Shown here one piece after another: positions 1 to 8,264 of a stretch of 61,825 nt of DNA. The position numbers were made by a program, and so were the translations under genes. The DNA comes from a virus (lineage: Duplodnaviria > Caudoviricetes). How positions within the stretch are numbered: the first letter of the stretch is position 1; every line of letters starts with the position of its first letter. The stretch covers positions 1-61,825 of IMG/VR virus record IMGVR_UViG_3300010397_000010; one strand, given 5' to 3'. The notes under the pieces are model-generated. The model saw only the letters and a program-made list of their open reading frames with translations. It ran no database searches and was not told the DNA's origin.

Positions 1-123
1 ATTCGATGGATGGAATCCCATCCAGAGCTATTCAGAAGCTAGATTGTCCGGAGCTGGATCATTCCTCTACCCCGGATTGATTGCGACCCGGAAAGCAGCG
101 ATGGAATTCCTCGCCGCTCCCGG
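1..123. repeat. Terminal direct repeat (copy 1), circular assembly overlap
   Basis: Identical to 61703-61825; an ORF starting at 61542 reads through the join to a stop at 220. Confidence 0.95.
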
Positions 124-220
124 AGTGCACCAAGTCTCGATTCGCACCAATCAGGATAAGAAAGTCTATCGTTACTTTAAGCATGAAGATGGTTCGATTT
201 CCGGCTATGGAGGTGAGTAA
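1..220 (+). CDS. 3' part of junction-spanning hypothetical protein (starts 61542)
   Basis: Frame continues FDGWNPIQSYSEARL...SGYGGE*; TAA 218-220. Confidence 0.8.
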   Translation, partial: FDGWNPIQSYSEARLSGAGSFLYPGLIATRKAAMEFLAAPGVHQVSIRTNQDKKVYRYFKHEDGSISGYGGE

Positions 221-221
221 G

Positions 222-365
222 ATGACTAATTCAATCGATCCATCCCAGATGCTTTACTCAATCACTCAAATCGGCTCAACAGTCAGCGCAATGATTGTTA
301 TTGCGTTTGGATCATGCTTCGTTATGTCTATCTATAAGGCATTCTATGCCATTAGGGAGAAATAA
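222..365 (+). CDS. Small membrane protein
   Basis: GGAGGT SD, ATG 222, MTNSIDPS..., one hydrophobic stretch. Confidence 0.6.
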   Translation: MTNSIDPSQMLYSITQIGSTVSAMIVIAFGSCFVMSIYKAFYAIREK

Positions 366-368
366 CCC

Positions 369-713
369 ATGTTCACTAAGAAATATATGGTTGAGGATTA
401 CCCTAGACTCCGCAAGCACTCAGATCTGCTTGACCTCTATTTGTACGATACTCAAATGGGCCATGCGCCAGATGCTACCGAGACCTACAAAGATAGCGAC
501 GGATGGAATCGCGTGCAGTTATGGCGCGCATCATCAGCATCGGGCGGATATGTCGTCATCAAGGAATCGCTCCCGAATATCTGGACTCTGGATGATGCCA
601 TGGAAATGTATCGGGATAATCCCTCACAGCACGTTCTGGAATTAAAATGCGCCCTGGAACGTCTGACCATTCGGCGGAATAAGATTACAGACGCATCGAT
701 GCAGATAGCTTAA
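369..713 (+). CDS. Hypothetical early protein
   Basis: AGGGAG SD, tightly packed ORF. Confidence 0.7.
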   Translation: MFTKKYMVEDYPRLRKHSDLLDLYLYDTQMGHAPDATETYKDSDGWNRVQLWRASSASGGYVVIKESLPNIWTLDDAMEMYRDNPSQHVLELKCALERLTIRRNKITDASMQIA

Positions 714-753
714 ATTAGGAAAGATAATAATCAAAAAGGATTGAAATTCCCTA

Positions 754-782
754 TTGACATTCTTTCTTTACTAAAGTAGATT
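754..782 (+). promoter_or_regulatory. Sigma70-type early promoter
   Basis: TTGACA-17 nt-TAGATT, A-rich upstream; CTATTGACATTCTTTCT is shared with the 61214 promoter. Confidence 0.75.
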
Positions 783-825
783 ATCAATATCAACTTTGAA
801 CTAAAGCCCGTGGGAGGGTAACGAT

Positions 826-1398
826 ATGGAGCTACAAGATTTGAAAGGCTACGCAGAAGATAGGCTATCGGAGATGGTTTCCGATGAAATCAAAGGCTTT
901 ATGGATGTTTCCGATGCGGTGAGCGAAATTGAAGGATTCGAACCTGACTTTGATGGCGACTCCTATTGTCCGTACTACTCGCAGCAGGATGAAGTAATCA
1001 GCCGCTACGAGTCTAACTTTGGTTCTGAGGCGGAGGACATTTGTGACGGCGGGCAGACGTACAAAGCCAGCGAATACCAGCAGGCTGCAACCGCTTACGC
1101 TTATGCCATTGCATATTGCGGATTCAATTCCTACTTCCAGCAGTCCAAAGAGGAGTTAATCGAGGCTCTGGAGGACTTCGAATCCGACGCAACCCGCGAA
1201 TTGGCGGCCGATGATGATGTGCAGGTGCAGATTACCTCGCAATGTCCTCATGGATGGGCTGCGCATGATCGTGAATTGGAGGACGGCACGATGGTTTGGG
1301 AGTCGGGCCAGCTTGACGGCTGCAACGGTATAGCGCGTGAGATCGGCGGAGTTTGGATCTCCTGCTGCATCTCGCCCTCGGTAAAATCCGAGGACTAG
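826..1398 (+). CDS. Highly acidic early protein, possible Ocr-like DNA mimic
   Basis: Very D/E-rich with few K/R; DSYCPYYSQQDEVI loosely resembles T7 Ocr DNAVPHYYADIF; first gene after a strong promoter. Confidence 0.45.
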   Translation: MELQDLKGYAEDRLSEMVSDEIKGFMDVSDAVSEIEGFEPDFDGDSYCPYYSQQDEVISRYESNFGSEAEDICDGGQTYKASEYQQAATAYAYAIAYCGFNSYFQQSKEELIEALEDFESDATRELAADDDVQVQITSQCPHGWAAHDRELEDGTMVWESGQLDGCNGIAREIGGVWISCCISPSVKSED

Positions 1399-1495
1399 CT
1401 CCTCCCCACGGGAGCCGAGGGGCGCGACTCGGAAGCGGATAACGCGCATTTCTTTTAGGGGCTTTGCATTCCGACTGCATAAAGGAGAATGATCC

Positions 1496-1804
1496 ATGCC
1501 GAATGATCGATTGATCCATCCCGCCCAAGCGGAGGAGTTAGAAATGCTCTACAAGCTGCCATTGATATATATCTGCGCTCGCTGCAATACCTATTTGAGC
1601 GGGCATGGGGAAGAGATTGCCTATTCTCTTTGCTCTGAGTGTGCATGGAATCAATCTTCCTCCATTCCATCTCAAGCGCTCAAGAAGGATTGGAGAGAGC
1701 TGGCATTCTGGATCGTTGCAGGGTTAGTGTCCGCCGCTGGATTGCTCGCAATCATCGCATCGGTAGTGGTTATTGGCGAGTGGATTTTCTTACTCAATAA
1801 ATAA
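1496..1804 (+). CDS. Zn-finger membrane protein
   Basis: CARC...CSEC plus C-terminal hydrophobic helix; AAGGAG SD. Confidence 0.65.
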   Translation: MPNDRLIHPAQAEELEMLYKLPLIYICARCNTYLSGHGEEIAYSLCSECAWNQSSSIPSQALKKDWRELAFWIVAGLVSAAGLLAIIASVVVIGEWIFLLNK

Positions 1805-1832
1805 TCGATCTAACTTGAAAGGATTAAAGGAA

Positions 1833-2150
1833 ATGAAAACTGAAACGACAAAGCACACTCCGGGGCCGTGGATTGTTGGCGACATGGGACATGACACGTC
1901 GATTGAGGCGCAAGTTCAGCAGCTACAAGAAGGTGAAGGAACAGACCGCGAATGGACAGCGGTAGGAATCTGCGACGAGGATGGATTTGCCGAAGTGGTC
2001 GCTCTCACTCACCCATCTAATGCACCTCTGGTTGCTGCCGCGCCGGATTTGCTGAATGCCCTACGAGCAGTTAAGGAGCGTCGGATATGCTGGCCCAAAG
2101 AAATTGAGGAGCAGGTTAATTCTGCTATCGCCAAAGCTGAGGGTCGCTAG
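1833..2150 (+). CDS. Conserved phage hypothetical (HTPGPW...AAAPDLL type)
   Basis: KHTPGPW and NAPLVAAAPDLL motifs common in phage early genes. Confidence 0.8.
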   Translation: MKTETTKHTPGPWIVGDMGHDTSIEAQVQQLQEGEGTDREWTAVGICDEDGFAEVVALTHPSNAPLVAAAPDLLNALRAVKERRICWPKEIEEQVNSAIAKAEGR

Positions 2151-2152
2151 CA

Positions 2153-2332
2153 ATGACAATCTCAACCATTATTCGGGAATTGATTGGATGCGCTCACCGA
2201 AAAACTACCCTTCCCATAACCCTCAAAGATAAGGATGGCAAGCAGAAGCCTTGTTATATCGCCTGCTTGGAGTGTGGAGTTGAGATTCCATATTCATGGG
2301 AGAGGATGGAAAGGATTTCCCAAGAGGATTAA
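2153..2332 (+). CDS. 59-aa Cys/His protein (GCxHxxTT...CLECG), absent from ORF track
   Basis: MTISTIIRELIGCAHRKTTLPITLKDKDGKQKPCYIACLECGVEIPYSWERMERISQED*. Confidence 0.75.
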   Translation: MTISTIIRELIGCAHRKTTLPITLKDKDGKQKPCYIACLECGVEIPYSWERMERISQED

Positions 2333-2336
2333 ATCA

Positions 2337-2519
2337 ATGACAGCCGATGCCGAATACTGGGAAGCTCTCCGCAAAGCGGAGGATATGGTGGTCGAGTGCG
2401 ATTGCTGCTCCTGCTATCACCCGAAGGACTTCTGGGGCGATTGCCGAGATGATGCGAATAGGTTCGCTTCGCCAGAGGATTATATGGAGCGGACGATGGG
2501 GATTAGGAGTAGAGAGTAG
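2337..2519 (+). CDS. Small Cys-rich hypothetical
   Basis: AGGATTAA before ATG; ECDCCSCYHP...DCRDD. Confidence 0.7.
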   Translation: MTADAEYWEALRKAEDMVVECDCCSCYHPKDFWGDCRDDANRFASPEDYMERTMGIRSRE

Positions 2520-2580
2520 CCCTTAACTTAGAATGGAAAGGATTAAGCATAATGACTAATCCCACGAGGGATATAAGCGA

Positions 2581-2862
2581 ATGAGAACTAATCCCCCTAA
2601 TGAACCCGGAAAATATAGCTGCGACAGATGTAAGCAGCCATCGCCAAAGGGAGTTATGACCGGCTATCCGGGATTCCCTCACATCTGCCTATGGTGCGAG
2701 GCGCAGGCGAGGAAGATTCTAAAGCACCATAAGCCATTTCAGGCCCTCCCGGAAGAGTGGATGACCCCTAGCCCCACCGAGGTCGCGGAAAGGGCTGAAA
2801 TGGGGCTACATGTTCGCAAGGTGTGGCAATCCAGAAGGGAAGGGGAAAAGGGAAATGACTAA
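2581..2862 (+). CDS. Zn-finger hypothetical
   Basis: CDRC...CLWC. Confidence 0.6.
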   Translation: MRTNPPNEPGKYSCDRCKQPSPKGVMTGYPGFPHICLWCEAQARKILKHHKPFQALPEEWMTPSPTEVAERAEMGLHVRKVWQSRREGEKGND

Positions 2863-3169
2863 AGCAATGCTTCAACAGAGAGTGCAGGAATTAGAGGCTA
2901 CGGTTGTCCGGCTCAATAACCTACTCTATGAGGCCAAGCAGACGATGAGTGAGGATGAGAGGTTAAAGGAGCTACAAGAGGCCAAGGCAGAGGCCATAGA
3001 AGCTCGCGCTAAGGCCGACGAAGCGGAAGAAGATAAGAAGATCGCAGAAGCCGCCTTAGATGCGCTCCAAGGCGCTCTAATGGGCATTGCAGATGATCTG
3101 GCTGACCGTGGACTGATCCACTCCACTCCCCACGCGAAGAGGGAATGGATCGAGAGACTTAGTAATTAG
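2855..3169 (+). CDS. Coiled-coil hypothetical
   Basis: Heptad E/A/K-rich sequence; SD AAGGGA. Confidence 0.7.
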   Translation: MTKAMLQQRVQELEATVVRLNNLLYEAKQTMSEDERLKELQEAKAEAIEARAKADEAEEDKKIAEAALDALQGALMGIADDLADRGLIHSTPHAKREWIERLSN

Positions 3170-3197
3170 AAAAGGATTAAGGAGAGGATTAAAGAGA

Positions 3198-3332
3198 ATG
3201 AACAATATCATCATCGCCTGGATAATCGTAGGAGTAATCGTCGGCCAAGCCATCGCGGGACTTCTGTTAGTTGGAATGGATGTGCTGGAGTTGGTCGAAG
3301 AGTGGCGAGAGCAGGAGGTTAAGGGAGAATGA
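3198..3332 (+). CDS. 44-aa single-TM protein (absent from ORF track)
   Basis: MNNIIIAWIIVGVIVGQAIAGLLLVG..., tandem AGGATTAA upstream. Confidence 0.65.
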   Translation: MNNIIIAWIIVGVIVGQAIAGLLLVGMDVLELVEEWREQEVKGE

Positions 3333-3421
3333 TCCTTTACCGCCTAGCCATCGCACTCTTTAGGGAGTTGACAATAATTGTCATCCATTTACTGTTCCGA
3401 GATTAAGAGAGGATTAAGGAT

Positions 3422-3736
3422 ATGGCAAAGCATCCGAAAATTAAAGTCTCTATTTTAATTAGCGGGGGAAAGAAAGAAGTAGCGGGATTCTCTACCGTTT
3501 GCCCTTATTTAGCAGTGACTCCCTCAGCAGATACCAGCCCTTACTACACCATCACCCATATTCCAACTGGAATGGCGGTGGTGCGCTACATCAAGCAGCG
3601 CAAGGCGTTCAAGTTAGCCGGAGCTATATCAGGGATATTTGACTGGCAAGAATCGACGGACGAGGCGTTTACGACTCAATTTGAGGCGCTCCCCTTGATA
3701 ATTCAAAGATGGCTAAAGGAATTACAATACAGCTAA
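3422..3736 (+). CDS. Hypothetical protein
   Basis: YTITHIPTG motif; AGAGAGGATTAAGGATATG start context. Confidence 0.75.
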   Translation: MAKHPKIKVSILISGGKKEVAGFSTVCPYLAVTPSADTSPYYTITHIPTGMAVVRYIKQRKAFKLAGAISGIFDWQESTDEAFTTQFEALPLIIQRWLKELQYS

Positions 3737-3754
3737 AAAGAGAGGATTAAGGAT

Positions 3755-3976
3755 ATGACTAAGAATTTCAAGCTGCTAATCGTCCTCCCCATCCTCCTGC
3801 TGATCGTTATGGTAGGAGTGGGATGGGCCTTCCCCACAATAATCACCTGCCCCATCGATGGCGATTTGATGACCTTCGACCATATCGTGCCGGGGTATGA
3901 GGGGAATTTCTGCTGGTATTCCCATTTAGCTGCTCATGGGGAGCGACATACGGCCTACATTCCGTGTGAGAATTGA
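3755..3976 (+). CDS. Small exported Cys/His protein
   Basis: Signal-peptide-like N-terminus ending GWA; CPID...CWYSH...H..YIPC. Confidence 0.7.
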   Translation: MTKNFKLLIVLPILLLIVMVGVGWAFPTIITCPIDGDLMTFDHIVPGYEGNFCWYSHLAAHGERHTAYIPCEN

Positions 3977-4082
3977 CCTTCTAAAGAGATCACCTAGAAT
4001 CTCTCAGCCCTAAACCTCTTGAATAATGGACACTCTTCAAGAAGGGAGAGTGTCCGATTTTCCCCCTAAAGGACTAAAGAAT

Positions 4083-4511
4083 ATGAGCGGAAAACTTCTC
4101 TCCCCAGATGCAATTCGAGCGTATATCGAAGGTGGCAATGCTACCGTAACCATTCGAGACATTGAGGAAGATATTCGCTATACCTATAAAATTAAACAAG
4201 TTAAGGGCGAAGATGAGAAATTCTTCATCGCCCTCCTGAAAGGGCCGGACAATGAATCCGACTTCACCTACATCGGAATGATGGTCGATGGATGGTTCAG
4301 ATCGACTCGGAGCAGTAAGCTATCGATTGACTCTCTTCCGTCTAAGTTATTCATTCAATTGCTAGATGGACTCCATGAGGGGCAATTGCCCGTATCGCTC
4401 GAAGTAGGGCACGAGGGGAAGTGCGCAAGATGCGGAAGGAAGTTGACCGTTCCCGAGTCAATCGAAAGCGGCTTCGGGCCTGAATGCGCGAGTTTGAGGA
4501 GATATTGCTAG
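4083..4511 (+). CDS. DUF6011 domain protein
   Basis: CARCGRKLTVPESIESGFGPECA signature. Confidence 0.8.
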   Translation: MSGKLLSPDAIRAYIEGGNATVTIRDIEEDIRYTYKIKQVKGEDEKFFIALLKGPDNESDFTYIGMMVDGWFRSTRSSKLSIDSLPSKLFIQLLDGLHEGQLPVSLEVGHEGKCARCGRKLTVPESIESGFGPECASLRRYC

Positions 4512-4720
4512 TCCTCCACAATCCTTTCCATAAGATGCAACCTATTCATTTCAGTAGTGCAGCCCACACTAAAGCCATCAGAACACTTCCCCGCGAACAT
4601 CGAGCCATCCTCGTAAAGCAGAACAAGGATATCGGGAAGATCGTCGGGCTGTTCAATGTCTTGGATCATTGCGAATTGAACAACTCTTCCCTGCATCGGT
4701 ACAAGAGAAATCTTCGGCAA
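4508..4720 (-). CDS. Hypothetical protein
   Basis: AAGGAG SD, TTG start, convergent with the DUF6011 gene. Confidence 0.5.
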   Translation of the reverse strand: MPKISLVPMQGRVVQFAMIQDIEQPDDLPDILVLLYEDGSMFAGKCSDGFSVGCTTEMNRLHLMERIVED

Positions 4721-4750
4721 TTTAACTCTCCTTTTGTTTTCAACAATTTA

Positions 4751-5042
4751 ACTTCTGTCTCAACTTCTGTCTCAAGTCTCAACTTTAAAACAGGAAACTT
4801 CTACCTGAGATAAATCAGTGCATTTCTTACACGATTTACCCTCTTTCCTTTATTTATATATTTCTTCTTCTTCTTCTTGAGACTTGAGACAGATATATAG
4901 AAGTATAAGAAAATACTGGATTTAGGCTGTCTCAACTTCTGTCTCAACTTTGTTTTCGTTCTTGAGACCAACGACTCTTGAGACACTCCACGTCCTCATT
5001 TGTCTCAACTTTCACGATAGAGTGAAGACGTAATTTGAGACA
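4751..5042. repeat. Iteron cluster, probable replication origin
   Basis: About 11 copies of (T)GTCTCAA/TTGAGAC(A) in both orientations around an AT-rich and (TTC)n tract, overlapping the helicase 3' end. Confidence 0.75.
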
Positions 5043-6389
5043 GTCGCCTAGCCGGATCTGAACTCCCCCATTCACTTGCGTTCCCATTTCATTCAGCCTT
5101 CTAGTCATCACTGTTGGGCCAATACGAACAGAAGGATACTGAGCGCAGAAGATGGCGTAGAGTTCTTTTGAAGTAAATAAGGTGCGATGATCGTCAGGGC
5201 CGAGAATAGACTCAGGGCATTCCAGAAGCTCCTTAATCCAAGCCTCTACATCGTCGTATCCAGCTTCTATGACATCCTGGCGAGACTTGGAAAGCGGAGC
5301 TGCCGCGCCGGGGGAAAATGGAGCGGGCTCGGAGGAATAAGGATCTCCTCCTACAATGGGCTTTAGGAGGTCAACCTTTAAAAGCCAATGGTGAATGGCC
5401 GAGAATCCTCCTGCCTTGAGCCAAGGATCTAATTTGCGGCGAAAGAACTCCTCAGGGAGCTTATTTGAGCCTACGTTATGAATGAAGAATCTGCGATCAT
5501 TCGGATCGAGGTAGAGAGATTCGAGATGATTCGAGGTGTAGTAGTAGTTAATGGTATCGCGTATCTCATATCTATTTTGATACTTCAGATCAACCGGAAT
5601 TGTATGGCGAGTAGTGTAGGATTTGAGAATTTCCGCCCTCTGCCTAGCCCGCGATCCTCCGGGCATTTCATCCACCTCAACAAACACCTTCCCCACGGCC
5701 CATCCATTATAAGAAGCCGTAAAATCGGCTTCCCTTAGCAGGGAGCAATTGTGTTGGCCATAGATTTCTTTGAGGATGTAGGCGAGGGTGGATTTACCTG
5801 TTCCGGTCTGCGATGACCAAAACACACACGCTGTATGGAGCTTTGTGCCGGGATTTTGAATAGGGTAGGCGATCCATCGAATGAACCAATCTCGATGCGT
5901 TGCATCTGAGGCAAAGAGATGATCGAGATATTCCAGCCACGGCGAGACATCTCCTTCAGCGGGGATATTGAGCGACCTAAACCAAGTGTTAAGGTTTCCA
6001 TCCTTCGTTATGCGCGGCTGACCAGGCTCGTAGACTGTTCGATTGACCTTATGACGTTGAGGCCATTTCATCCACTCTGAGGCTAGATAAATCCTTTTCT
6101 TCTTTCCATTTCCATCATTTACATCGATGAATCGATCACAATAATCTGCACACTTGAAATCATGAGGAGACATAAACTTAAGCCGAGTCTCTCCCGCTGG
6201 TGGGTAAAGTTCTGCAATCTCACTCGTTGCCCTTACATAGACGATTTCCTTATTAAGCTGATAGAGGGCAGAGCTAAGAGTTGCGGAAAGTTCTAAAGAT
6301 TTTGGCGTGGAGCCATTTGGAGGGACTATCGAGGGGATTAAGGTTGGTTTGGGGGATTGAGCAGGCTGTGCTAAGATTTCGGTGTCCAT
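4944..6389 (-). CDS. SF3/D5-like (DUF5906-type) replicative helicase, no primase domain evident
   Basis: Walker A QTGTGKST, Walker B VEVDE, motif C YYTSN, DRRFF arginine finger. Confidence 0.85.
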   Translation of the reverse strand: MDTEILAQPAQSPKPTLIPSIVPPNGSTPKSLELSATLSSALYQLNKEIVYVRATSEIAELYPPAGETRLKFMSPHDFKCADYCDRFIDVNDGNGKKKRIYLASEWMKWPQRHKVNRTVYEPGQPRITKDGNLNTWFRSLNIPAEGDVSPWLEYLDHLFASDATHRDWFIRWIAYPIQNPGTKLHTACVFWSSQTGTGKSTLAYILKEIYGQHNCSLLREADFTASYNGWAVGKVFVEVDEMPGGSRARQRAEILKSYTTRHTIPVDLKYQNRYEIRDTINYYYTSNHLESLYLDPNDRRFFIHNVGSNKLPEEFFRRKLDPWLKAGGFSAIHHWLLKVDLLKPIVGGDPYSSEPAPFSPGAAAPLSKSRQDVIEAGYDDVEAWIKELLECPESILGPDDHRTLFTSKELYAIFCAQYPSVRIGPTVMTRRLNEMGTQVNGGVQIRLGDCLKLRLHSIVKVETNEDVECLKSRWSQERKQS

Positions 6390-6622
6390 CAGTTCCTTCC
6401 GAGCAGGAATTGGTAGGCTCCGGCAGTTCAGGCCCCTTCCATTGGCGATGGAGGGGGCTTTTCACGCAAGGAGTCTAAACGGCTGACGAGGATTATACTC
6501 CTTTCCCGATTGAGTAAAGGGGATAATTTCAGGGCCATTTCTACGGGATTCAGCTTAGGTTGGATTAGATTATTGACCTAAGAAGAGATCACGAAGATGA
6601 TGATTGAGCGCCTTAGAGATGC

Positions 6623-7048
6623 TTAACCTTTCCTCTTCTTCCTCTTGACAATTTCTTTCAGATCCCCGAACGCACTGACATGACGAGAATATGTCGTCAA
6701 AAGGGAATTGACGGAGAAATTGATCCCACTCCTTCTCAAAGGAGCGCTCATCAGCACGTAAAGGGGATGAGCTGAATTCCCCGGCACATCCCTTAGGACG
6801 AATAAATAGGCATCAATCCCCTTTTCGGTCAACTTCCCATGCACATGAAGATTGGCGATCCATTGCCCCTTCGATGAAGAGGATGCGAATTTAATGCTCA
6901 CTCTCGCCCCATCTACCATCAACACAGTCGGTCGACCTTCGTCACGATAGACTTTAGAAAATCCTTCATAATAGAGCCTATCTCGAACCTTGGCGAGTTC
7001 AGGGGAGATCGAGGGAGTTTCCACAGAAGAGATATTAACCATTTTCAA
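6623..7048 (-). CDS. Hypothetical, possibly degenerate restriction-like fold
   Basis: VSIKFAS and DAYLFVL pattern; weak. Confidence 0.5.
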   Translation of the reverse strand: MKMVNISSVETPSISPELAKVRDRLYYEGFSKVYRDEGRPTVLMVDGARVSIKFASSSSKGQWIANLHVHGKLTEKGIDAYLFVLRDVPGNSAHPLYVLMSAPLRRSGINFSVNSLLTTYSRHVSAFGDLKEIVKRKKRKG

Positions 7049-7175
7049 ATCCCACTAGTATCAAGTAAATTGTCATAGCCGCTGCCCATCCGTAGAGATG
7101 AAAATGGACTAATATTCCTATGGGAGCTGCTGCAAGTAGCCTTCCGATAGCCTTAAAGAGTTTGTCGTTATTCAT
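7035..7175 (-). CDS. Small 2-TM membrane protein
   Basis: MNNDKLFKAIGRLLAAAPIGILVHFHLYGWAAAMTIYLILVGF. Confidence 0.5.
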   Translation of the reverse strand: MNNDKLFKAIGRLLAAAPIGILVHFHLYGWAAAMTIYLILVGFENG

Positions 7176-7246
7176 GGTAAAGATTATATTCCAATCCCCC
7201 CTAAGATGACAAGTGAAATAAAATGGAGATAAATTGAATTTTCCCC

Positions 7247-7275
7247 TTGACACCCTTCGCAGGGGCGATTAGAGT
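7247..7275 (+). promoter_or_regulatory. Sigma70-type promoter of modification/polymerase operon
   Basis: TTGACA-17 nt-TAGAGT. Confidence 0.7.
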
Positions 7276-7314
7276 GAATCAGGATTAATTGACTGATTGA
7301 AAGGATTATCTCAA

Positions 7315-7734
7315 ATGACCCAAGAAGAATGCCTCCACCTCGCTCTCCAGCTATTCCCTCCCGAAGATCGCCCCTTTGTCGCCGTCGAGCGCGAGCGGAG
7401 GATTGGGGCTAAGGCGAAGAATGAATATTACCTCTGGTTTTTTCAAAAGGAAGGATTCGACGCAAGATTCCTCATCAGCTCCGATAGCGGGTGGGATGAG
7501 CTGCTCCAGCGGACGAAGGATAGGTTGAATCCTCCCCAGGATGGGCCGTTTGATGACGAATCCGCCAGCCAGAGCAAACAAATTCAATCGGTGCCTAATC
7601 TTGGCCCCGACTACGGAATAGCATTCAATCAGTCTACAGGAGACATTGACGCTATATTTTGCTCTCCACGCAAGCCGACCGAGGGTGGGTCTCAAATGAC
7701 TCCCGCCGAAGAGGATGCCTTAAAGGAGCGTTAG
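7315..7734 (+). CDS. Hypothetical protein
   Basis: AAGGA SD, ATG 7315. Confidence 0.7.
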   Translation: MTQEECLHLALQLFPPEDRPFVAVERERRIGAKAKNEYYLWFFQKEGFDARFLISSDSGWDELLQRTKDRLNPPQDGPFDDESASQSKQIQSVPNLGPDYGIAFNQSTGDIDAIFCSPRKPTEGGSQMTPAEEDALKER

Positions 7735-7736
7735 AA

Positions 7737-8087
7737 ATGAAGATTATCAAAGACACTCTTGAACCAATCATCGAGACTTGGGACGATCCGGGTGACTATC
7801 CCTCTGGTGCTGGCGGTGGGCCGCTTCCTTCCTACAAATATATTGATGGTTGCGAAGGGGAGTTAGTGATTGAGTTAGCTCCAGCAGAAATTCTCCAAAT
7901 GATCGACGATCAGGAGGGATTGGATGGATGCTTAGACACCTCCCATCGGATAAGGGTAAAGAAATGGATCGTCAAGAAAATGGAGATCGTTAATGGAAAT
8001 CTTCAAGTAGCATTCAATGTGGATGAGTGTGAGGGGGAGGTTGAGGAGGATGATCCAAGAGAATATGAAAGGGACGAGGATTGCTAA
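7737..8087 (+). CDS. Acidic hypothetical protein
   Basis: AAGGAG SD; WDDPGDYPSGAG motif; acidic tail. Confidence 0.7.
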   Translation: MKIIKDTLEPIIETWDDPGDYPSGAGGGPLPSYKYIDGCEGELVIELAPAEILQMIDDQEGLDGCLDTSHRIRVKKWIVKKMEIVNGNLQVAFNVDECEGEVEEDDPREYERDEDC

Positions 8088-8088
8088 A

Positions 8089-8262
8089 ATGACTCCCATT
8101 GAACATAAGTGCGACAACTGTGGCGCTTCTCCCGCGCCATACGAGAAGGAGAATCGAGATATCTGCCCCACGGATCGCGGCAATGAGGTAAGAGAGTATC
8201 GGGAGCATTTCTGCCACGAATGCGTTGAGGAGTTTGGATTGCTTGAGAAGGAGTCTAAGTAA
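8089..8262 (+). CDS. Small Zn-finger protein
   Basis: CDNC...CHEC. Confidence 0.6.
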   Translation: MTPIEHKCDNCGASPAPYEKENRDICPTDRGNEVREYREHFCHECVEEFGLLEKESK

Positions 8263-8264
8263 TC

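Noticed and set aside
1-123. 123-bp repeat as biological terminal repeat
   Set aside because: It lies inside an ORF and is best explained as assembler overlap of a circular contig
1375-1450. HDV-like ribozyme
   Set aside because: P1/P3-like pairings exist, but no P2 partner or J4/2 catalytic C-A-A is found
4751-5042. Repeat cluster as a mini-CRISPR array
   Set aside because: Repeats are 7-12 bp, in mixed orientation and irregularly spaced, with no unique spacers
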